IMG/VR virus record: IMGVR_UViG_3300034407_003088
Coordinates: 15,131 to 79,130 of that record
DNA length: 64,000 bases
Origin: a virus
Taxonomy: Duplodnaviria; Caudoviricetes
Reading direction: 5' to 3' (one strand)
Below, in pieces: positions 46,044 through 54,700 of this stretch. The notes beneath the pieces were generated by a model, which saw only the letters and a program-made list of their open reading frames with translations, did not search any database and was not told where the DNA came from. Every line of letters starts with the position of its first letter. Position 1 is the first letter of the stretch. The position numbers were made by a program, and so were the translations under genes.

Positions 46044-48922
46044 TATTTTACCACCGTAAATTTATTAGCTTTTATTTTCTTGTCTGTTTCAAGAACAAAT
46101 ATATAAACACCTGGTTCTAAAGTTTGATGATTCTCATATACACTTACTTCAGGTAACCAAACACTTGGTTCATTTGTAAAGTCAAATGTATGTATTCCTG
46201 AATCAACTACTTCATCTAATAATGTTCCAATGTATTGTCCATTAGAATTTAATATATAAAGTTTTACTTGTTCCGTTTGGTCTAAGAAGAATTGGAACTT
46301 AGTGTTTTCTGTAAAAGGATTTGGGTAGTTATAAGTTATCTCATCATCACCTGGTTCTCCACCACCGAATGCCCAATACTTATTCCATACCATCACTTTA
46401 CCACTTTCTCTTTTCATATTTAAATCATCACCATTTGGATTACCTGCTGCATATTTACCAATGAATCTAATAGGAGCTTCACTCCATTCTTCATCAGGAA
46501 ACTCTGCTCTGAACATTAATTTTAATGCACTCATCGGTTCATTAATCCAATAATTATTTGGTGAGTTACCTGGTGAATAATCCATACCACCAAATCTTAC
46601 TCTTTGCCATCCCTCTTCAACTTCACCTACATTAACATAGGTCATCCATGGGCCTGGTAGATTACCAGTCTTCATATCAATAAATGTTAATTCATTTGTA
46701 TTAAACTCAACTTCAAATTCAAACCCTGCAATATCAATACCCTCTGTTGGTGTGATATTTAATGGTACTTCAATTACCTCACCACTTTGAACTCTTACGG
46801 TTGAATCAGGTGGGAATGATAATGTTACATCATGGTCTGTCATGAATGATTTCATTGCCATTCTATTATTTCCACCACCAACTATTCTTGCCCACTCATC
46901 AGGTGCGTCTCCATTACCCCAACGATAATATGTTGTTCCGTCTACGGTTGGTGTAATTGCAGTTCCATTGTTATCAACTTTTAAACCTGTTAAATTCACA
47001 TCACCTGTAAAGTAGTATGCAATATCTGAGTCATTATCAGTTCCAACAATATCTACTTGTTTAGAACCATCTTGTGTTTCTGTATCATTGAAGTAATAAT
47101 CAGGATTAGCATCACTACCAAATGTAGAACTACCTGCCCCAACTTTAATACTTAATACATCTAATCTGGTCTCAACATCATTCATCAATGGATTCAATCT
47201 AATAATACCACCACCATCAGTAGTTAGTTCTGTAGTTTCTTGTGCTAAATCACCATCAACAAATATACTGAACTCTCCTCTTTGGTTTCTTGTGTATCCA
47301 TCATAATCTTCTTTGTAAGTATAAGAGTCATCACTTCCATTTAAATTATCTATACTTGACCATTGTTGATAAGTTTCTCCATTGTAGTGTGTGTATGATG
47401 TTTCAAACACTCCACTTGTGTATGCCCATAAGAAGTAGGCATCATTTAATTGGAACTTATCATCACCATCAACATCACCAACTAAATATCCACTTGGTGA
47501 TTCTATTTCTATATCTGTTTCGTTATCAAATTTATTTGATTGAAAATTAAATCCTGCAATAGCATCATTAATATTTGTAATTGCATCTCTATCTAATAGA
47601 TAAGTGGTATGGTCTCCAACCACATCATCTGCTTCTGGTGGCCAGAATGATACTTTATATCTGTTGTTTCGTGGTAAAGAAATATTGAAATATCCTTTAT
47701 CATCTGTGTATGTCCAATACGAATAAGTTACATCTCTAAATCCTTGATTCTGAATCTTTTGGTCTGATGTTGTTCCGGCATTTTGTTCATAGTATCTCAT
47801 ATGTTGATACCCTAATGCAAAATTTCCAAACTCATCGTAAGTTCCCATAACATCATCATTTAAAGATTCATCTGTTAAACTTGTTGGATAATTAATATCT
47901 CGTATGTTTCTCCAATTAGAAAGATTATCTGTATTAGTTTCATCTACTTCAAAGATAACTTTCATCATTGCATATTTGTTTTGTGAAAAATCTTCACCAC
48001 TATCTTTTGTTCCATCTTTATCAGTATCAATCCATTCACCAATGTATCTTAAGTATCCCTCAAGTTGTACAAGTTTTGGATGTAGTGTGATATCTCCACG
48101 AGCACCACCATTGTAAGTTCTTTCTGCTGAATAGTAATCACCCCAATTACCATCAATGTAAACTTTATAATCTAAAAGATAATCATCTGAAACATATGTG
48201 TAGTATCCCTCACTACCATCGTATTGAGTTGCAACTCTAAATGCTCTTGGTGCAAAATCATCAACTACATCATTAATTAAAAATTCAAGTTTTAAAATTT
48301 GTTTCTGAACTCCATCACCACCACCAAACATTTTATCTGGTGTTCCATCGTTATCTGAATCAACTCCGTGAGATACTGCAGTTATTCTTAACCAATCATA
48401 TCTTGTATCTGTTATGGACTCTTCTACTAATGATTCAGAACTACCAACTGCTAATGAATCTTGATATCCTACATTTGGATAATGAACTACTTCAAAAGAA
48501 TAATCTGCATTAGATGATTCATCACCTTCAGTCCAACCACTTATGTGTGAACCTTTAATAACTCTTGAATTTCCTTGTGTCCAAGCATTAACTGATGTTT
48601 CACCACTCTCCACCCAAGTGATTAAATCATTATCAAATGCTATATCTATTCTGAATGTTGTGATATCTGCACCATTATCATCAAGTGTAACTTCCATCTC
48701 CAATACTTTATCTCTCCAAATATCAAAGTTATTATTATCTTCAGCTGGTTTAGTTACATCTTGTGCTAAGAAATCGTCTAAATCTTGTGTAACTGAGTCT
48801 TTCCACCACATTGCTGGCGTAGACCAATTACCTAATTGTTTTACTCTAATAATTGGGTCTTGTGCAAACAATATCCCAAACATAGTCATATACATAACCG
48901 TTGTTTTAACGAAACGAATCAT
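46043..48922 (-). CDS. Secreted cohesin/dockerin protein with T9SS type A-like C-terminal sorting domain
   Basis: Signal peptide ending LFA-Q; cohesin-like IAGFEFEVEFN and ITTFRIDIAFD; dockerin-like GDVDGDDKFQLNDA; YPNPF...LEPGVYIFVL...KFTVVK terminus; start refined to ATG 48922 after GGAG. Confidence 0.8.
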   Translation of the reverse strand: MIRFVKTTVMYMTMFGILFAQDPIIRVKQLGNWSTPAMWWKDSVTQDLDDFLAQDVTKPAEDNNNFDIWRDKVLEMEVTLDDNGADITTFRIDIAFDNDLITWVESGETSVNAWTQGNSRVIKGSHISGWTEGDESSNADYSFEVVHYPNVGYQDSLAVGSSESLVEESITDTRYDWLRITAVSHGVDSDNDGTPDKMFGGGDGVQKQILKLEFLINDVVDDFAPRAFRVATQYDGSEGYYTYVSDDYLLDYKVYIDGNWGDYYSAERTYNGGARGDITLHPKLVQLEGYLRYIGEWIDTDKDGTKDSGEDFSQNKYAMMKVIFEVDETNTDNLSNWRNIRDINYPTSLTDESLNDDVMGTYDEFGNFALGYQHMRYYEQNAGTTSDQKIQNQGFRDVTYSYWTYTDDKGYFNISLPRNNRYKVSFWPPEADDVVGDHTTYLLDRDAITNINDAIAGFNFQSNKFDNETDIEIESPSGYLVGDVDGDDKFQLNDAYFLWAYTSGVFETSYTHYNGETYQQWSSIDNLNGSDDSYTYKEDYDGYTRNQRGEFSIFVDGDLAQETTELTTDGGGIIRLNPLMNDVETRLDVLSIKVGAGSSTFGSDANPDYYFNDTETQDGSKQVDIVGTDNDSDIAYYFTGDVNLTGLKVDNNGTAITPTVDGTTYYRWGNGDAPDEWARIVGGGNNRMAMKSFMTDHDVTLSFPPDSTVRVQSGEVIEVPLNITPTEGIDIAGFEFEVEFNTNELTFIDMKTGNLPGPWMTYVNVGEVEEGWQRVRFGGMDYSPGNSPNNYWINEPMSALKLMFRAEFPDEEWSEAPIRFIGKYAAGNPNGDDLNMKRESGKVMVWNKYWAFGGGEPGDDEITYNYPNPFTENTKFQFFLDQTEQVKLYILNSNGQYIGTLLDEVVDSGIHTFDFTNEPSVWLPEVSVYENHQTLEPGVYIFVLETDKKIKANKFTVVK

Positions 48923-48959
48923 CGTATTCTCCATTGTATCTGTGTCTATAAACATTCCC

Positions 48960-49010
48960 TGAACTATGGGGAAGATTGTGTGTAGCCTTAATTTAGTTCA
49001 ATAATAAATA
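48960..49010 (-). promoter_or_regulatory. TATTTAT motif followed by TGAACTA/TAGTTCA leader hairpin
   Basis: Motif at 49004-49010; 7-bp stem arms at 48994-49000 and 48960-48966. Confidence 0.45.
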
Positions 49011-49029
49011 TAAAGAAAGGAAAAATTAT

Positions 49030-50022
49030 TTAAACATCAAAGCGAACTACGAATGTAGTATCTAACTCATCACTTAGTTTAATTGGATGTGCTAACTTCC
49101 CTACTACCAGTAGGTTATTCTTATCATCATATAGTCCTATCGTTGAGACATATGGATAAAAATCTGAACCAGTTACAAATGACAATTGTGTGTCGGTTGG
49201 TTCATAAGTTTCATTAAAACTACCTGTACCGCTTGCAGGATTATCTCCTGGCGGAAAGAATCTGTGTACTTCTTTTGTACCACTTTTTATATCAATACTT
49301 CCACTATATCCTTCTGTTATACTAACATTCATACTTGTATTGAAATTATTTGCGGGAACATGAACTTCATAAAAATGTTCATAATGTCTGTGTGTTGCTT
49401 TATATTTTACATCAAAACCTGTACCAAAACCAACATCACCATAAGAACCTGTATTGTTAACTACGGCGATTCCATGTTCATAAAATATATTACCAACTTG
49501 TGAACCACTATTATTAGCTAACACTCCTTGTCCTTGAGTAAAGGAACTTGATTTATATGCCACAAAACTTGCAGAATGTGCAAAGTCATATAAATTACCA
49601 TCACCATCATCTCTGATATCAAATGTTGAACCTCTTGATGTATCACTTAACTCAAATGAACCAGGTTTTATTCTTTCACCAAATAAATCTTTTGCTATAC
49701 TAAATACAGACGCACTTGTGTGTAGTTCTCTTTTTATTTTTGAAGTGTTAGTATTACCAAATACACCGACTGGATTATTTGGGTCTTTATAGTACATTTT
49801 ATTAATGGTGTGCCATGTAGGAAGTGCATAATAATTCGTGGTTATAGAACCTGATGTGATTGTTGTAACCATATCAGAACCAGAATCATAATTGTAAAGG
49901 GATTTTGAAACCGCTCTTACTGCAAACAAACCACTCCCACTATCGTTATGAGTGAGAGTGAATGTTTTGTTGGTTTCAAATCTTTTGATGGAAACATTTT
50001 TTCTGTCAATGTCTCTGAACAT
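49030..50022 (-). CDS. Tail/baseplate structural protein (tail-collar fibre-like C-terminus)
   Basis: YVSTIGLYDDKNNLLVVGKL; paralogous to 50032-51069. Confidence 0.55.
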   Translation of the reverse strand: MFRDIDRKNVSIKRFETNKTFTLTHNDSGSGLFAVRAVSKSLYNYDSGSDMVTTITSGSITTNYYALPTWHTINKMYYKDPNNPVGVFGNTNTSKIKRELHTSASVFSIAKDLFGERIKPGSFELSDTSRGSTFDIRDDGDGNLYDFAHSASFVAYKSSSFTQGQGVLANNSGSQVGNIFYEHGIAVVNNTGSYGDVGFGTGFDVKYKATHRHYEHFYEVHVPANNFNTSMNVSITEGYSGSIDIKSGTKEVHRFFPPGDNPASGTGSFNETYEPTDTQLSFVTGSDFYPYVSTIGLYDDKNNLLVVGKLAHPIKLSDELDTTFVVRFDV

Positions 50023-50031
50023 TAGATTGTC

Positions 50032-51069
50032 CTAAAAATCAAGTTTGACTTTGATAATAGCTTCTCTTGAATAAGATTTTAATAGTGGTTTACTAACTTT
50101 TGCTACTGCCAATAAGTCATTGTTATCATTATAAAGACCAACTTGTGTAATAAAAGTTTTAGGGTCTCTAACAAAAGTTTGTTGTGTTAAGTCACCATTA
50201 GTATCCGAAAAAGTAGGATTATTACTAAAGTTAAATTTCTGATTGTTAACTCTACAGAAAAAGTTAGTAGAACTAATTTCTTCTTCTCTACGAACTTGGA
50301 AGTAAGAACCTGTTGCGACTGACAAGAAGAAGTTATGTGGATTATTTCCATATGAATCTACTGCTCTGTTTGCTTTCAGTCCACCATTAAGTTCTAATGT
50401 ATGTGGGTGTAATAATATAATACCCAAGTCAGGATAGAATAGTCCATATGCTCCACCTGTTTGAGATGATGCTGCAGTTTTCGTTACTGCAGTACCTGTA
50501 CCGATAGAACCACTAACAATATTAAATACCCTACCTGCTTCATTTACGGTTGGGTTTGTTGTAGCACCACTATCATCAATTAGTCTAATTCCACCTTCAG
50601 TATTACCACTTCCACTTAATACTAATTCCCAATTACCTGGGTCAATCTTTTCTCTTTGTCGTGCTCTTTGGAAAGTTATAAAATAAAAATCATGACTACC
50701 TGTAGTGGTATTTGTAAATGTAAATCTTGAAGTTAATGAAGGTAAGATGACATTTGCAAATTGTCTGTAAAGTGCTGCAGTTTGTCTACCACCACTATTT
50801 AATTTAGTTGTGTTACCTGCGGAACCACTTCCATCAATGTGTGCATATCCTAATGAGAATTGTATCTCTGCAGTGTCTGCAGTTGCAGCTCCTGCTGTTG
50901 GGTCTTGATGATATACATCTATATAAGAACCTGTTGATGCACCTTGTGCGGATTGACTAAAGAATGATGTTAGTGTTCCACTTCCACCAGTAAATACACC
51001 ACTTGAAACAATGGTTCTCTGATTTTTTACTACATCATTATCTTCATCAAATCTTTGAAATACTGACAT
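50032..51069 (-). CDS. Tail/baseplate structural protein (tail-collar fibre-like C-terminus)
   Basis: FITQVGLYNDNNDLLAVAKVSKP. Confidence 0.55.
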   Translation of the reverse strand: MSVFQRFDEDNDVVKNQRTIVSSGVFTGGSGTLTSFFSQSAQGASTGSYIDVYHQDPTAGAATADTAEIQFSLGYAHIDGSGSAGNTTKLNSGGRQTAALYRQFANVILPSLTSRFTFTNTTTGSHDFYFITFQRARQREKIDPGNWELVLSGSGNTEGGIRLIDDSGATTNPTVNEAGRVFNIVSGSIGTGTAVTKTAASSQTGGAYGLFYPDLGIILLHPHTLELNGGLKANRAVDSYGNNPHNFFLSVATGSYFQVRREEEISSTNFFCRVNNQKFNFSNNPTFSDTNGDLTQQTFVRDPKTFITQVGLYNDNNDLLAVAKVSKPLLKSYSREAIIKVKLDF

Positions 51070-51082
51070 TCCTCAATCTCCC

Positions 51083-51724
51083 TTAATTAGTTGAACTATT
51101 CACGGCTGTTTGAACTGAGATATTAGAAACCACACCAGTTCCAAGTCCTTGAATAGTTAAATTTGTTGTTATTGCCGAATTCAAACTCTTACCAATTAGT
51201 TTTGCAGATTTTGCATTTATAGTTATTGATTTGGTTGAGTCTAATGGTGCTGTAAAGTTTATGGTTTGACCAGTATCTGGTTCTGTACCTGCTACTTGTA
51301 CTTCAAGAGTTGCTGCGTCACTATTATGTAGTGTGAATCTATATCCAACTTGGTCATCTAAAGTAGAATTATCAGTTGATGGTGTTATGATTGCAGTTGT
51401 ACCTGAATTTAAAGGTACTGGTGAAGTTGCACCAATGTTAATTTTTGGCATCTTTGTTGTATTTTTGTTCAAAGTAATAAGTTTGTATCTCATTATTTGA
51501 TTCTCATCTACGAAAGATTCTAATAGAGGCATGTTTTCAATCACTGCTCCATAATATGATGAACCATTAGGATGTGTTACATCCCAAAGATTATAATCAA
51601 TCTCATCATCTGCTAATGCAAATTTCGTGATGTTAAATTCGTTCTGTCCTCTTGCTAAAAGTTCACGACCTTTTTTAGTAAGAACAGCATCTACCGTTAT
51701 ACTTGTATTATCTAAAAATCCCAT
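51083..51724 (-). CDS. Tail/baseplate structural protein (tail-collar fibre-like N-terminus)
   Basis: AVLTKKGRELLARG...ITKFALADD. Confidence 0.55.
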   Translation of the reverse strand: MGFLDNTSITVDAVLTKKGRELLARGQNEFNITKFALADDEIDYNLWDVTHPNGSSYYGAVIENMPLLESFVDENQIMRYKLITLNKNTTKMPKINIGATSPVPLNSGTTAIITPSTDNSTLDDQVGYRFTLHNSDAATLEVQVAGTEPDTGQTINFTAPLDSTKSITINAKSAKLIGKSLNSAITTNLTIQGLGTGVVSNISVQTAVNSSTN

Positions 51725-51794
51725 TATTTTTACTCCTGTTGAATAGATATAACTTTACTATAGATAAATAGTGTTATACCTAATTTTTCTTAAA

Positions 51795-54700
51795 TTAATT
51801 TACTTTTAATTTTGAATCACCTGGTTCTTTTGTTATAAGTTGTGTTGGTGTTGTAGTTGTTGTTTCAACTGGTTCTCCACCATCAAATGTATTTGATGAT
51901 ACGGTTAATTGTCCACTTCCAAGACTTACACTACCAATAAATGGTGATTTACTTGAAGTAGGATGACTTGTTTGTCCATCATCTCTTGTTACTGAACCAC
52001 CAATAAATGACCTAAATAATCTTGTATCATAATAAACACTCTGATGTTCACTTGGTACAAATGAAGAACTATAATGTAGTCCTCTTGATGCACTCAAACT
52101 TGATGAATAAAAGAATACTTTTTCTTGATTATGTTCTGCCAATCTTGAACCTGTTATTACTGGTTGTAATACTTCACCAAATGTTATACCTTCTCCACCA
52201 AATGTTACACTTGCAGTTGCATAGTTGTAAGAGTGTGGTGTTTTTGCATCTATGACACCTAACTTAACTAATGTAGGTTCTCCCAATCCACCAAGTGAAC
52301 CACTATTATCATGATAGACTGCATTCAATCCACTTTCATAATATTTTTGTTCACCACCTATATCAAAGTATGCATCATCTTTTGAACCACTAATAAATCT
52401 TGTTACTGGTACACCATCTTCAAACTCATTTGCATTTTCAAAGTAACGATTATCAAACTCAGGTCTATCACCTATTACTTGTTTACTTCTTTCTAAAATA
52501 TTTGGTTCTATCAATACACCTGTAGTTGCCTTACTTCTTGCAGGAACCCAATTCTTTAATTGTGTAAATACACTTGGGTCATAGAATGTTAAAATTCTTA
52601 AATAATCAAAAAAGTTATTTGGACTTGAATATTTTTGAAAATATTCAGTTTGTAATCTTTTAAGACCTCTATAGTTTAATTTGTATTGGTCTCGTGGGTC
52701 ACCGATATAATCATCAAAATTAAAGTCTGCAATACTATATAATATATCCTCATTAACAACATCAACTGGTGAAAAATAAATACCAACTTTCTCACTATCT
52801 ATTGGTGCAAAATCTTGTGATGATTTTTCTTTTCTTTCATCAGGTGATAAATTACCAATAATAGTACTATCTTCTACCCTAACTTTAGTTGCATTTCTTC
52901 TTGTAGGGCCAATGTTTGGTACTTTCAATTGTTCCTTATCAACTAAACTTCTAAATGTATTACTTGTAAATCCATTTACTGAACCTGTTGTATCCATTTG
53001 TGATGTTACGAAATAGTTTTGTCTATTACTAACACTACTAACAAATGAAGTTGATGATAAATTAACATTATTATCAAGTGGATATCTTACTAACAAGTCG
53101 TGGTATGAAGAACTATATGAATTACCATTATAAGCTCTTGGTGCCCTAACATGATTATCAAATACACTTTGTGATAATGGTTCTGACCATAGACGATACT
53201 CCATTAATGAACCACTATATCTTGAACCGAAGTTTGTATTTTGTCCACCAAGATAAACAAATTTTGAACCAACACTACCTGTAAATGCAGCATTGATTGC
53301 ACTACTACTTGCGTGTCCGATACCAGTTGTTAAACTTGAACTTGTTTGGAACTTAATTTTTTCTCTTGTTGAGTCATATTGTTTTGTAGTTAATTCATAT
53401 TTTACATTTCTTGTGATTAAATCATCAGTCATTTGTGCACCACTTGCACTTACTCGTGTTAACATCACACTCCACATCTCATCATTATAGAATGGTAAGA
53501 GTGAAGAAGTTATACCATAAACTCCTGTTGATGCACTAACACTAAATTTTAAATACCCATAATCATCTGTAGTACCATTGTCTTTTAAATGTATTGCCCA
53601 ATCATTTTCTTTTTGTGCAATCACCATACTACCAGAACTTCCTACACTATTTGGTGTTCTAAATCTTAATTCTAAAGCTTGTGGATATTGACTATTTAAA
53701 TCGGTTGTCCATAAACTTTTTACATATTGTGAACTATGAAAATCTAATGCATATGTAAATTTTCTTTTTACTTCATAACTTACTCGTTCTTGATTATCAG
53801 GCCCACCATATTCTCTAACTCTTAATATAGAACTTGGAATACCATAACAATTTAAAATCCCTTTTAAACATCTGACACTACCTTTTGACTTGATAAAGAA
53901 TGGAATGTTATTTAATAATCGTTTCCATATTTCTTCCGTTACTTCTTCTTGTGGTGTTTCATACTTTGTGGAACCATCAGGATTTTTACCCTCAAGATAT
54001 TCAGGTAATATCAATAAGTCATTACCATTTGTAAGTTCCAATCCAAGTGATTTCGCAAACTCTGATGCAATGTCTTTACTTATACCCTCTGAAACATTAG
54101 GTGAAAGATTATTAACATCTGTAAAGTGTTTTGTATATGTCCATATCTCATCAAATTGTTGACCAGTCATATCCATAAATTCTATAAATGTATTGTTCAT
54201 CGTATCATCTTTAACATGCATAGGTAAATTATTACCAAGTCTATCATTATTAGTAGAATCGTAAGTTGACGCAGACAATATCATATTGTCAAACCAATTA
54301 CTTACTTCAGAACCACTTGAATGATAAAGTACATATGGTTTAGAACTATTTTGTTTAGGCCAACTATTTTCATGATATTGTCCAGCCGATGAACTTACAT
54401 AAGATGAACTTTCAAAATACATATAATGTTCAAATGGGTCAAAGGAATTAATTACTCTTGCTCTTTTATCTTCATTTGATTGTATGTCACTTAGTGAACC
54501 TGTTAGACTTACCAATGATGAACTTGTTTCACTATATGTTTCTATATACTCAATTTTTTTCTTAAAATTTCTTAATCTTCTCTCTGCACTTGAGTAATGT
54601 ATGAAATTACCAAATCCAATATCATCAGATTCTAAATTTAAATCTACTGATGTTCTATTAAACTCTGTATTAACTTGTACATCTAATAAACTACCACTTA

